Shown one piece after another: positions 1-13,799 of a stretch of 64,000 nucleotides of DNA. The notes under the pieces were generated by a model. It had not been told where the DNA came from and did not search any database. It saw only the letters and a program-made list of their open reading frames with translations. Origin of the DNA: Octopus vulgaris (Eukaryota); assembly GCA_951406725.2 (NCBI GenBank), contig OX597828.1, forward strand, positions 53,878,001 to 53,942,000, written 5' to 3'. Each line of letters opens with the position of its first letter. The first letter of the stretch is position 1. A program made the translations under genes and the position numbers.

Positions 1-73
<73 letters not shown>

Positions 74-195
74 GTATACGTATAGATATGTATGTGTGTA
101 TGTGTGCGCGTATGCATCTATGTATACACATACATACGTACACACGTACACACATACACATGCATACATACATGCATACATGCATGCATACATAC
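1..195. repeat. (TA)n/(TACA)n microsatellite
   Basis: Direct reading of simple repeats. Confidence 0.95.
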
Positions 196-1151
196 CGGCG
201 CGAGAGCATTCTTAAAACCTCCTGAATCTACAGAGGCCAGTCGAAAATTCGACAAATCTCAAATGTCATCTCTCTATGGAAAAAGTTTCTATACTTCAAA
301 GAGGTCGAATTTCAGTATCGAACATTAATCATTAAATTCTGACTTGCTCAATATCACGTGTGCGAGGGGGTGGGGGTGCGCGTGTGTGCGTTAGATCATA
401 AATTCACTATTCAAAACCAAGACAGCACTTCTATATACAAAACTATTGACACTTCTATATACCAGAATAATTATTATTAATTCAACAAATTTGTTGGGGT
501 CTCAAGGCATAAATACTACTCACAGTTTCAAAACAATCTACCTACGAGTTATTTTGTTGTTAACCACAGCAATACAGATTTATAACCAGGCCATCCGTCC
601 TTGACGAGCATCGGATCACAAATATCTAATGTAGATAAAAGCCAGAACATTTTTTACAACCAAGCCTCTTTTAACGAGAGCAGCAACAGGCTAAATACTA
701 CAAAACTCGTAATGTGTGCCTATCAGTTGAATGAGAAACCAGTGTACATGACTGCAACTGAAGGATCGGTTGAAAATTCTATCAGTACATGAATTCGAGC
801 GAATGTACGGCCGAGAGGAGAATGATACAAAAAAGAAAACACTCACGTGTACCAGGATTTATATATAAATGTCAAAACAGAGATTATAGTCTTTTGCATG
901 TACGAGGAAAATTATGCTCCGAAGTGAACTTTGCTTGCCATAAACCCCTAAAGAGGCCTAACTTTTATCTCTTAATGTTTTTCGTCAGTGTTTCCTCCTT
1001 ATTTCTCCCTCTTTTTCACTCTCTCTCTCTCTCTCTCTCAGCATATCTGTCTCCTTTTCCCCATTCTCAGTTCGCATGTGCCAATGATCAGTACTCGTCA
1101 AATATGTGTATATGTATTGGCACATGCATACGAATATGTATGTGTGCGTGC

Positions 1152-1202
<51 letters not shown>

Positions 1203-1269
1203 CATGGACAGATTTGTGTGGTCATGTTGTTTTACAGAAGGGTCGAAATTCTGTATTTCGCCCATTACT

Positions 1270-1745
1270 TATAGATAGACTCTATTTCTTCCTTTGTGCT
1301 TGATTGCAATAATTTTTTGGCATTATGGCCCTTAATGGTAACAAGGCTACTGTATTTTAAGCAGCTGTAGCTTATTTTCATGTTGTTTTTATTGAAGATC
1401 AGATGAAGCTTATGACTGTTCGTAAATACTTTCAGATCAAAGATCATACATTCTTACATTCATTTTGTATTCTTTCTTTATATCGGTTTCATGGTAATTC
1501 TCAAAAACCTCGTTGAAAGGGACTTCATCAGATGATAATACATACTGAATAACGTTTCGTTTCGAGTTCATTTGGATACATTACGTTTATGATTAGTTTT
1601 TTTTTTTTTTTTTTTGTTGGGTAGTTGTTTGGTTGTAGCGGAAGTTGTTTGATTGGGGTTGTTGAAGGGCTCATACCATTACGATTTTAGTTTAAGCATG
1701 ACATCCAACAACTTTACATTAGAAGGTTTACACTAGCCATGGCCC
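1270..1745 (-). mobile_element. Penelope-like element ORF remnant (RT thumb/linker)
   Basis: Minus strand gives VKLLDVMLKLKS*WYEPFNNPN, SSDEVPFNE and FTNSHKLHLIFNKNNMKISYSCL..IKGHNAK, matching the PLE linker motif H..IFN.NN.K.SYSC; stops and frameshifts. Confidence 0.7.
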
Positions 1746-2063
1746 TTTGGCCGAATTCATTAAACGTTGTAATTATCCGTTAGCTCAATATGACAGCTAT
1801 CGTTCAATGTTGCTGTTCGAAAGCGTAAACTCGACATCTCAGTTCAAACTTACACTAACACCAATAAAAGACATCACTATTTTTATTTTTATACAGTAAC
1901 CCAGGGGCGAATGGCTCTTTTTATCTTTATATTGCAGTGAATGGTCCCTTTCACCTTCATATTTAAAATCAAATTTTGGGGTTTCAGATTGTTTTCTAGA
2001 GTCGTAAATCTTAATTTTCTAAAACATGGCTAGAAAAATTCTTCAATTTTGTAACCCTTTAAA

Positions 2064-2448
2064 ACGGAAGATAAGAAAGTTCATTTTCGGCACTTGATGC
2101 TTTGGGAACCAGACAAAAATTGCTGCTACTCGGCTGGGATGTGTTACCCCACCCTCCATATTCACCAGATATTGCTCCTTCGGATTTCCCCTTATTCAGG
2201 TCTCTGCAGAATAGTCTTAATGGTAAAAATTTCAATTCCTTGGATGACGTAAAGATACCTTGATGAATTCTTTGCCATGAAACCACCTCAGTTCTGGGAA
2301 GAGGGTATTTTCAAGTTAAAGGAAAGATGGAGATACATTGTGCCACAAAATGGTTCATATTTGGTAAATTAAAAATGTAATGGCAAGTATTTTATTGACC
2401 TTTTTCTTTCCTTTAAAAATCGGCACGAACTTTCCGGACAACCCAATA
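2064..2448 (+). mobile_element. Internally deleted mariner transposon (N-terminus fused to C-terminus, 3' TIR)
   Basis: (T)EDKKVHFRHLMLWE joined to TRQKLLLLGWDVLPHPPYSPDIAPSDFPLFRSLQNSL..FWEEGIFKLKERW..NGSYLVN*; TIR-like AAAAATCGGCACGAACTTTCCGGACAACCCAATA followed by TA. Confidence 0.9.
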
Positions 2449-2581
2449 TATCCAGATTTAATGAGGTAGTGATCAAGGGTTACTGAAGTTTGTTAGAACG
2501 TAGGTGGTGGCTGAGGGTTGACACATTCGTTTAAAGTTGCGTCTCTCGCTTCCGCATTTTCTTTCCGTTCGATGTTTAGAC

Positions 2582-2760
2582 CAGTGCTACTCAAAATGGT
2601 GGTCTGCGGACCGGTGCCGGTTCGCGAGCCATCAGCTGCCGATACGCAGCGAGTTTCCAAAAAAAGAAAGAAACATTATAAAATGCTTATAAAATGCATA
2701 TGTTATATTGCATCATTTGTTTACAAAATAGATATCAAACAAAAACAGATTGTCAGCTTT
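2582..2760 (+). mobile_element. hAT/Charlie-like terminal fragment
   Basis: Begins CAGTGCTACTCAAAATGGTGGTCTGCGGACCGGTGCCGG, resembling Charlie1/MER5-type ends; no partner TIR found. Confidence 0.55.
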
Positions 2761-2762
2761 TA

Positions 2763-2891
2763 AGGAGCGGCTGTGTGGTAAGTAGCTTGCTCACGAACCA
2801 CATGGCTCCGGGTTCAGGCCCACTGCATGGCACCTTGGACAAGTGTTTTCTGCTATAAGTCCAAGTAGACGGGGACTGTAGAAGCTCGCCA

Positions 2892-2922
<31 letters not shown>

Positions 2923-3150
2923 AAAGGTATGTAGGTATTTATTTGTGTGGCTTCGTATCTGTGTTTATCCACCACCACTGCTGGACAATTGGTATTGGTA
3001 TGTTTATCTCTGTAAGCTAGCAGTTCGGCAAAAGAGAGCGACAGAATAGGTACCAGGCTTTAAAATGGTACTAGGACCGATTCATTCGACTAAACAGGTG
3101 GTGTCCCAGTATAGCTGCAGTCTGAAGACTGAAACAAGTGGAAGATAAAA
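2763..3150 (+). mobile_element. SINE family A (tRNA head, CORE-like GGCACCTTGGGCAAGTGTC, internal TG tract)
   Basis: Collinear with about ten other copies in the window. Confidence 0.85.
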
Positions 3151-3155
3151 GAAAT

Positions 3156-3458
3156 GGACATGTCCTCCGTCTCCCGGTAGATCATCCCACGAAGGTTTTA
3201 TTCTCATTCGACGCAGCAGCAAGGGCTGCAAGGGGCATCGTGGCAGGCCCCGCACCAGATGGCTTGACGTGATGAGGGAAGATCTCCGGAGGCTTGACGT
3301 CGCCTTGGAGGATGCAGAGGGGATGACACGGGACCACCAGCCATGGAGAGCACTGGCAGACTTTGTCAGCTCTACGTATGATGACGTTTCTGGGACCACT
3401 AACCTGGGATGATCCGAAATCCTTCAAGCATGAACAGGAAGCAAGCGAGCAGCAAGCA
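3156..3458 (+). mobile_element. RTE-clade LINE 3' end
   Basis: GHVLRLPVDHPTKVLF / HRGRPRTRWLDVMREDLRRLDVALEDAEGMTRDHQPWRAL..* followed by a (GCAA)n-like tail. Confidence 0.85.
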
Positions 3459-4182
3459 ACACACACACACACACACGTATTCACACACTCACGCATAACC
3501 ATGTGTTAACTAAAATAATGATTTGATGATCGTTTTCTTGCATATTAGGGTACCTTGTAGGAGGAGAAACGGATAGATTTTAGAAGATAATTTGAATAAA
3601 ATAATATAATATATACAGTTAATACACACATACACGCTTGAGAGTAATTGTGTGGAAGATGGATGGTGAGAGAGAGAGAGAGAGAGAGAGAAGCCAGTAT
3701 GGAGATATTATCATCTCAAAACGCTGATAATTATTTCATTAAAAGAAAATATCTTTTGTATTCAAATTGGAAAAAAAAAACAGAATACCTTGAATTTACA
3801 GTTTCTCACACATGATTGATGGCTATGGAGTATTCATGGCGGTGGTGGTGTATGGTGGTGGTGTATGGTGGTGGTGTATGGTGATGTTGTTTGGTGGCGG
3901 CGCCGGTGCTGCGTAGGAATAATACTGGTGGCTGTTGTTGCGATGGCTCCAAAAGGAGAAGAAAAAAAATCTATTGTCCAGGGTGAAAAGGAGGGAAAGA
4001 GTGGCGGAGAAATTAACGAATGTATTAGAGGGACTCCGTGTGTGTGCTTGTGTGTGTGTGTGTGTGTGTGTGTGTATAATTATGGTTGTGCTTCTATTTC
4101 TATGGGAAATGACATGTGCAAACAACAAATGCACAAGCTGCATCAATGCATCAATGCAACTGTGTATTCCATGGATTTGTTA

Positions 4183-4185
4183 CTA

Positions 4186-4228
<43 letters not shown>

Positions 4229-4263
4229 CATTATTACTATTATTATTATTATTATTATTATTA

Positions 4264-4327
<64 letters not shown>

Positions 4328-4362
4328 CATTATTACTATTATTATTATTATTATTATTATTA
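4183..4362. repeat. (ATT)n microsatellite
   Basis: Direct reading. Confidence 0.95.
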
Positions 4363-4584
4363 TATTGTTTGTTGATTTTTTTGTTGTGGTGTTTGTTGTA
4401 CAATACTGATCGATCTGTGATCTTTTTATTCAATTCGTTCTCACCCCACCCCACCCCCACTCTTTCACGCCACAACTTCAACCGTTTTCTAGTTCTCTAG
4501 CAATTACTTCTTTCTTTTCATCCCTCCATCCCTAAAACATTACAAGAATGGCGGATGGGTTAGAAGTGAGTGTATCAAGAGTGG

Positions 4585-5372
<788 letters not shown>

Positions 5373-5929
5373 ATTGCTGACAGTTGTGTTTATGAGTACA
5401 CTGTTTGAATAAGGATATGCATGCAAGCGTGTTGTGTGTGTATATAAATGTTTGTGTGTGTGTGGTTGTATATATATTTCAAGTATTTGAAATGCATGTT
5501 GCTGTATACCATAAGCAGAAACTTTCAATACAAGTCTCGCCATTTTTCAGAATCGCACGAAAATATTTTAGGAAACTCAGAATAGCTACGGCCAGAGCTT
5601 CAGACTTAAAATTTCTGTACATTACCTGTGCATATACATGTATGTATGTGTGTGTAAACGTGTGCATGCCTACATACATACATACATACATACATACATA
5701 CATACATACATACATACATACATACATACACACATACATACAAACACACGTATACATCCTTGCATATAAATATATAAGGTAAACTAGACAAAACGTGTAC
5801 AGTAAACTTGCCGTGGAGGATACTCTTTTTTGCCTATTTTGCTAAATAATAAGTTTTGCCGACGAGACCAAACTCTATCACCTTGGATTCCGTTTTCTCT
5901 TATATACATATATACATAAATATATTTAC

Positions 5930-6157
5930 ATTCTGTTGAGCCTGGGGAGAGTCATTTTCTTTTTGTGCCTTATAATTTAACACACTCACCAGTAAAATTT
6001 CCACTTATTTCTTATTTTGCAACCTTTCCATTAGGTTGCAAGACGCAACGAAAATTTTAGGAAAAATAAAAATAAGGAATAAATGAAAATTTTACCGGTG
6101 AGTGTGTTAAATTATAAGGCACAAAAAGAAAATGACTCTCCCCAGACACAACAGAAT
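5930..6157. repeat. Inverted repeat, about 88-bp arms, probable PLE-terminus derivative
   Basis: 5930-6018 is the reverse complement of about 6070-6157 (CTGGGGAGAGTCATTTTCTTTTTGTGCCTTATAATTTAACACACTCACC). Confidence 0.8.
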
Positions 6158-6457
6158 ATGCTTCAACACACGAACTCGCATAAAGAATCTTGCTAACCAA
6201 ATCCAAAAACGAAATATATTTACATTGTGCAGTCGTTATATATATAAACATGTATACATACACATTCACACAAATACGTATACAGTGAATACATACATAC
6301 GTATATGATGGCTTAGCAGAACGAAACTTCGAAGTTACTGTCAATATTATTCATGTATATATGTGTATTTATTTGCGTGTGTATACTCACACATACACAC
6401 ACACGCACATATAGTTTAAATGTTCTTGACTTTCTTTTTAAACTGTGTAAATTCGCT

Positions 6458-6806
6458 TTTCCTCTAGACTATAAATATCCTATGATCTTTAATAGAAATA
6501 ATGTTTAGTTAAGCTACAGCTGCAGCAAGAATTTCGCTACTTCGTCAATCTGTAACAACGAACGCGCAAATTTCTTCTTTATGTAATTTCAGACTCACTT
6601 TACAGTAGCACACGTCTTTGTATAGCATCAGTTTATCAAGCTAAGGTTCATTGCTAATAACAATCCCACACATACAAAACTACTACAGAGGATTTATTGT
6701 AAAATGTAACTCTTTCGTAAATGATTCTCACAAATATATGTATACATTCAAGCAGTCTGAAAACCGACTTACCACATCACTCTCCAAATATATCTGGAAT
6801 TTAACA
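6458..6806 (+). mobile_element. Penelope-like element remnant (linker and GIY-YIG region)
   Basis: FPLDYKYPMIFNRNNV*LSYSCSKNFA and TTSLSKYIWNL motifs. Confidence 0.7.
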
Positions 6807-6820
6807 ACCATATATTCCAC

Positions 6821-7040
6821 TACATTATTTACATTATTTACATTCGACGGATATTTGTCCTCATCTTGTTCGTTGTTTCGGCTGATATACCCTCCACCCT
6901 TCTTCAGGTGTCTTGGGGAAATTTCGAACCTGGGTTCTCATTCCTAAGGTATTTTTCGATGTTATCATTATTATTGTTGTTGTTATTGTACACATCACTG
7001 CTTGGAATATCCGTCGAATGTAAATAATGTAAATAATGTA
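6821..7040 (-). mobile_element. 5'-truncated copy of the tRNA-head/hammerhead element with perfect 35-bp terminal inverted duplication
   Basis: Homologous to 23515-23686; 6821-6855 is the exact reverse complement of 7006-7040; minus-strand CTGAAGA..CAGCC GAAAC at 6875-6907. Confidence 0.85.
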
Positions 7041-7431
7041 CATCAGCTGTCGCACTGATGTGAATATCGATTTGAAAATTAAAGAAAAAGAGAATGACTA
7101 CGGTTAGCTATTTCGAAACCTCCATCTTCTATACCCAGATTATATGTTCATATCCATACCAATAAAAACTGGTCCACCTGGGTTTGGGAGTAAATGCCGA
7201 AGTGATTGTCTGGATAAACAAGAATTTCAGAAAAAGAAATCAACGACTTAGCTCGCAGATTAAACAACAAAAATACAATCTGTAAGCGAAACAGTATAAC
7301 TACGACACCTTCGTCAAGTTTAAAATGTGACATTTTTCTTGCCATCTATATTCCAGCGATGGAGCTTGGTATATTTGTTAGAAACTAGTTCCTTCCTCAA
7401 AGAAGAAATTAAATAATTAAAAACAGAAGAG

Positions 7432-7500
<69 letters not shown>

Positions 7501-7509
7501 CTAGCTAGC

Positions 7510-7813
<304 letters not shown>

Positions 7814-8027
7814 TATCCATATGTACTCTTATATTCAAATATAAATAATGTATGTGTTGTGTGTATACATACGAACATACATCATACATATATATTCATA
7901 TATACTCTTATATTCAAATATATATAATGTGTGTGTTGTGCTGTGTGTGTTTGTTTGTGTGTGTGCATACATACGAACATACATTATATATATATATATA
8001 TATATATATAGGTAGGTAGAGTGATTG

Positions 8028-8060
<33 letters not shown>

Positions 8061-8072
8061 TACATACATACA

Positions 8073-8104
<32 letters not shown>

Positions 8105-8286
8105 CATGTGTGTGAGAGAGTATGTAAAAGTGTCTTATGCAGGCATGTGTGTGTGAACGTGTGTGTGTGTACACACACGGATTGAAATTTCATAAGATGC
8201 CATTACTGTGAAGCCAAACATGACCAAGTTTCAAAATGTTTCTTCAAGAATAAGAAGACTACAAAGTTGAAGGAAATTACAAGGCA

Positions 8287-8466
8287 ACATCACCATCACA
8301 ATCACCATCATCGTCATCGTCATCACCACCGCCACCACCGCCACCACCACCACCACTTTCACCATCACTTTCATCATCATCATCATCATCATCAGAATCA
8401 TCATCATCATCACCACCACTATTATCACAACTGCACAGATTTTACTTCTTTAGCAAGAAACAAGTG

Positions 8467-8536
<70 letters not shown>

Positions 8537-8691
8537 CTGTTGTTGCTGCTGCAGTAGTAGCAGCAAAATAGTAAAATTACAGATAATGATAATGCTCTTA
8601 AGATAAATGATGATGATGATGATGATGATGATGAAGATGATGATGGTGATGGTGGTGGTGAGGATGATGATGGTGGTGGTGGTGGTGGTGG

Positions 8692-8723
<32 letters not shown>

Positions 8724-9069
8724 ATGGTGATGGTGGTGATAGTGATGGTGGTGGTGGTGGCGGTGAGGAAAAGGAACGAAAGAGTCGGTACTGGAAAGAG
8801 TATTGAAAGAAAGAGAAGAAAGGAATGAAAATGATGGAGGTGGAGGGTTGCAGGGGTAGACGTTGGTGGTGGTGGTGGGGGAGGGGGAAGCAAGGAAACA
8901 AGTTGAAATATTAACAAAAAATAAAGAAAAAAAAGAACGAAATTAAATGATCGGTACAAGATCGATAAGGTATCGATAATAACATTGTATTGATACTTCT
9001 TTTGAAATATTTTTACGTCATAGAAGGAAAAACATCATCTTCCGTATCGCCATTAACCCTGTTGTCGTC

Positions 9070-9100
<31 letters not shown>

Positions 9101-9447
9101 TTACCAACATCTTCGCCGTCGTCATCATCACCATCATCATCATCATCATCATCATCATCATTACCAACATCTTCGCCATCCTCCTCCTCCTCCTCCTCCT
9201 CCTCCTCATCATCATCATCATCATCGTTACCCTCATTCTCATTAGCATCGTGCCGTTACCACCATCACCACTACTACAATCGTCAACATCATCATCATCA
9301 TCATCATCATCATCATTACCATCGTCATCACCTTCGTCTTTGTCATCATCATCATCATCATTTTCGTCTTCTTCCTCCACATAATTCTCCTCATCTTATT
9401 CCTCCTCCGCTTCATCATCGTCATCATCATAGTCATCATCATCATCA
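8287..9447. repeat. Trinucleotide low-complexity block (CAT/CAC, TAG, GAT/GGT, TCC)
   Basis: Direct reading; explains the poly-H/M/S/Y ORFs. Confidence 0.9.
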
Positions 9448-9448
9448 T

Positions 9449-9765
9449 ATATCAAAAGAGTTCAACCAGGAAGGTGCATACAAGTATCCAGGAATGAGTG
9501 AAGAATGTGTTATGCAACATTCTGCTGTGAACATGAAAATTCGAAAAGAGTATAACAAGAGAAAAAGGATGATACAAAAGACGTATCTCGGTGTATCTAA
9601 GTATTCAATACTCCAGCTCTGCCTGTAGCAATAAGCAACGAAACTGGACAACGCATGAGGTCAATAAGACAGACAGTAAAACGAGGATGATATTGACAAA
9701 TAGCAAGATTCGCCATCCAAGAGATATGTTGAGAGAATTTAGCAAGGAAAATCAGAGGTGAGATT
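9449..9765 (+). mobile_element. R4/Dong-like LINE remnant, RT C-terminal part
   Basis: KEFNQEGAYKYPGMSEECVMQHSAVNMKIRKEY..NWTTHEVNKTDSKTRMILT..HPR resembles YKYLG..IRKEY..D.KTRK.LT..HHPKAD. Confidence 0.75.
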
Positions 9766-9779
9766 AGAGCGTCGGTACA

Positions 9780-10124
9780 TGCTGAGACCCTCTTCCGTCG
9801 TGACTGACCATGGGATTGCACCTAGGAAGTTACTCTCCCAGGCACAAGTCCGGGCAAGGTGGTTTATGGAAGACCAGCCGTCGCCCATGTATATCGACCT
9901 TCCCCTCTCCACGCCACCAGTGTTATCCAAGGGAAAGTCAAAGGGGCTGATCTAGCTTGGCACCAGTGATGTCGCAACTCATTTCTACGGCTGAGTGAAC
10001 TGGAGCAACGTGAAATAAAGTGTCTTGCTCAAGAACACAACACGCAGCCCGGTCCTGGATTCGAACTCACAATCTCGCGATCGTAAGCTCGACGCTCTAA
10101 TCACTGAGCCATGCGCCTTCACCA
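9780..10124 (-). mobile_element. SINE family D (tRNA head, CORE-like domain)
   Basis: A box TGGCTCAGTGATTAG, B box GAGTTCGAATCC, then TTGAGCAAGACACTTTATTTCAC; flanked by AGCGTCGGTACA at 9768-9779 and 10136-10147. Confidence 0.85.
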
Positions 10125-10198
10125 TGCTGAGACCAAGCGTCGGTACACACAATTTGGAGTAAACTAAAGAAAAACACCTCTCTAACTCGAAATATCTA

Positions 10199-10600
10199 CA
10201 CAGACATGCAGGAAGTAAATAGACACCTTTAATTTTCAAAATTTCTGATCTAAGCGTCTTAATATGTTTTCAGCGATGTAGAATTTACAATGTTTTTCAT
10301 TCTAGGTGCTATTATATTGAACATTTGCGAAGAGTAACCATGCCACGCACAAAAAAAATCAGCAGAAGTGTCAGATTTTCAAAGAGGTTGTATTGTTGGG
10401 CAATCTGAGGCTGGTCTTAGCCTGCGAAAAGTTGCCGAAAATCTTCAAATTCCTCTTGCTACTGTTAATAGAATTATAGTGCAATTCAAAAGCCAAGGAA
10501 AAGAATCAACAGATTAAAAGGGATCGTGTATCACAGAAAAGTGCAAAAATGTAAAAAAACAGATTAGGTTTATCCGTCGAAAGAAAATCCTTCGAAAAGG
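10199..10600 (+). mobile_element. Tc1-like transposon 5' fragment
   Basis: TA-CACAGACATGCAGGAAGTAAATAGACACC TIR-like start; ATG at 10340, [54 protein letters not shown] (paired-like HTH), frameshifted. Confidence 0.8.
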
Positions 10601-10651
10601 ACCACGGTAACCTCAGGCAGGGAGAGAAAAACACATGAGAGTAAAGTACTT

Positions 10652-10682
<31 letters not shown>

Positions 10683-10823
10683 TTCTCTCTCTCTCCCTCT
10701 CTCTTTCTCTCTCTCTCTTCTCTCTCTCTCTCCCTCTCTCTTTCTCTCTCTCACTTTCTCACTTTCTCTCTCTCTCTCTCTCCCTCTCTGTCTCTGTCTC
10801 TCTCTCTTTCTCTCTCTTTCGAT

Positions 10824-11145
10824 TTACAGGATCATGCTCAAAGTGGTTTCGTCATTCGCGCGTACCATCTTTGCTACATTCTACCACCTTTTATTGAATC
10901 TTTCATGAGACAAAACTTACCTCTCTATTCCCACCTTCCTTTTCAAGTGGTACCTGAAAAAGTTGATGAGCGATTGGCCAGAGAGGAAAGTGTTTGTCTC
11001 TAAACCTTTCGCTTGAGTCCACCACACGCATTCTTTCACCATGGCCACCACTACAATGAAGACTGCCTTGCCTTCCCGGTTAAGGGAAGGTGGCGGAGCA
11101 ATTTTCGCGACAGACTCGGCCGACAATCGAATTCTCTGAATATAT
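10824..11145 (-). mobile_element. L1/Tx1-like LINE ORF2 C-terminus with (GA)n tail
   Basis: RIRLSAESVAKIAPPPSLNREGKAVF..KECVWWT..FFRYHLKRKVGIER*VLSHERFNKRW*..MIL*; followed on the minus strand by a GA tract (10643-10820). Confidence 0.65.
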
Positions 11146-11171
11146 CCACTGCCACAACAGAACGGCATTTT

Positions 11172-11590
11172 GAGCTAGATTGGATAATCTGCAGGGGATA
11201 TCATACCAAAGTTTCTGAGGAAAGCTACGACGACGAACCAAAAATATCAGCCCAGAATAATAACGTTAGTAACCTAATGGATACGCTAACACAGAAAGAT
11301 GGTAGAATGAAAAAGACAACCAGCTTGACATCGTAATTAAGATCCAACAAAGATCAAAGCTGTATGTTGATTGATAGAGAAAAAATAGCAGATATACTAG
11401 CTCAATTAAGGCCATATAAAATCTGTCTAAATATGAAGATCTGAGGACCGAGATCTCCAGAGTGTAATGTCATAACTAGCGAAAACCAGAAGAGGAGAAA
11501 CAAGAAGATTTGGGTTAATTAAAAAAAACACTGGAATAATTCGCCAAGAAAATACCCACCCTACAAATTTTTAAGAAAACTGACAACCTG
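11172..11590 (+). mobile_element. R4/Dong-like LINE remnant, restriction-like endonuclease part
   Basis: WIICRGY..EPK..QNNNVSNLMD..NQLDIVIK..CMLID..LSKYEDLRTEISRV resembles NRPDIV..LID..KLSKYKDL. Confidence 0.7.
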
Positions 11591-11896
11591 CCTAGTTTTC
11601 AGCAGATATATTAGGGCGGATGTGGTACTTAGTGTAACAACCTAACTTGTATAATCTGAAGACCATGGATATTGCACATGGGGCATGAGATGAAAACACG
11701 ACACTTAAAAATGGTGGTGGTGAAAGATATGACGATACTGATGTGGGTGAGGAATAGTTGGAGGAGGAAGACAGACAGACATACAGATAGATAGGCAGAT
11801 TAGATACACAAACAACATATATAGACACAGACAAATAAAAATGACAGTCATGCTGACAGATACAGGCAGAGAATGTATGTGAGAGAGAGAGTTGAC

Positions 11897-12032
<136 letters not shown>

Positions 12033-12045
12033 GGATGGATGGATG

Positions 12046-12114
<69 letters not shown>

Positions 12115-12739
12115 AACCATGTAAAATAAGGTAGAGTAGGAACGGAGAGAAAGGGCGAGGAATGGAAAAGCCATTAACGAAATGGAATCGTTGGTAAAAA
12201 TGTTTCGGCGTTCTTAGTTCTTTGGTTTGTTTCGCTCGTTTGTTTTGGTCGGAACTTTCTGGAAGAGTTTCAAGAATACTTAGGCAGCTCTTGCATAAAG
12301 AACTTTACATTAGAGCCAACAATGCGAGACATGAGTAGTTGAAGAACTTGTTTTAGTCGTGATGGAGCATGTAATAAAACACATATGTGCAGATAGAGAA
12401 GCGGCGGGGGGGGGGGAATGTACACAAACAGATTCAAACGCATAAATGGATAACACACAAACGCGCAGATGCACACGCATGCTCACAAAACAAAATATAT
12501 ACAAATAGACATACGTACGTGTGTGTGTGTGTGTGTATATACGTGTCTATGTGTCTGTGTGTGTGTGTGACAGTCTGCTTGTGCGCGTGGTTAAGAGCAA
12601 AAATGTTTGTACTTGCGCGCGCAAACACACACACACATGGATATATATATATATGTGTGTGTGTGTGCGTATGCGTGTGTGTGTATGTGTGTTTGTGTGT
12701 GCGCGCGTGCGAGTAAACATTCTTACACACGTACATATA

Positions 12740-12776
<37 letters not shown>

Positions 12777-13268
12777 GCTCACATTGAATACACGCATGCC
12801 AGCATTCATACATACACACATATATACAAATAAATATATATATACATATATATACACACACACAGAGATATATATACATATATATACGTACATAAGTATG
12901 AATGTATATATGTATATATTTACACACACATACACACACACGCACGCACGCACACGCACGCACGCACACACACATATATATATACATACATATCTACGTA
13001 TATATGTATATATACACCTAGATTTGTAAATATACATATATATATATGTATATGTATGTGTATGTATGTATTATATAATACAGTAACACCACTGCCATAA
13101 ACCCCGCCACCACCTCCGTCACCATCGATAACATCTACCCCCACCCTTTCCCCTACCAAATAAAATTGTAAAAGACACAAAGGGATAGAATATTTTCCCA
13201 AGAAAGTAAAAACCCCTTCCAGTAAATAAATAACAATTCTAAACCTTTTGAAAACCCAATAAACAAAT

Positions 13269-13308
<40 letters not shown>

Positions 13309-13401
13309 GTTACCAAAAACTCAACAATTTCTTCAGTGGATAATTCCTCCACTTCCACACCGCTTTTATTATGGTAAAACGACTTTCGGATTTCAATTCA
13401 A

Positions 13402-13467
<66 letters not shown>

Positions 13468-13569
13468 AACAACATTTATTTATTTATCTGGTTGTGATTG
13501 GTTGGATGGGTAGGTTTTTCGCTGGTTTCGAAGTTTAGGGCTCAGTTGACGATCTATGAAGACACTCCG

Positions 13570-13669
<100 letters not shown>

Positions 13670-13756
13670 ATATATATATATCTGTTTGCCTGTCTGTCTT
13701 TCTGTGTCTCTTTCTCACCTTCTCTCTCTTTCTCTCTATCTCTTTTTCTATTACCT

Positions 13757-13799
<43 letters not shown>

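Noticed and set aside
430-800. Possible additional PLE remnant
   Set aside because: Only vague resemblance (ISN..NIF, VYMTATEG); no diagnostic motif
1510-1570. CTGATGA and GAAAC on the minus strand as a hammerhead
   Set aside because: Wrong order for type I, stems do not form, and the bases encode SSDE in a PLE ORF remnant
10824-11003. RTE-like RT on the + strand (QSGF..LPLY..EK)
   Set aside because: The minus strand gives a much better L1/Tx1 C-terminus
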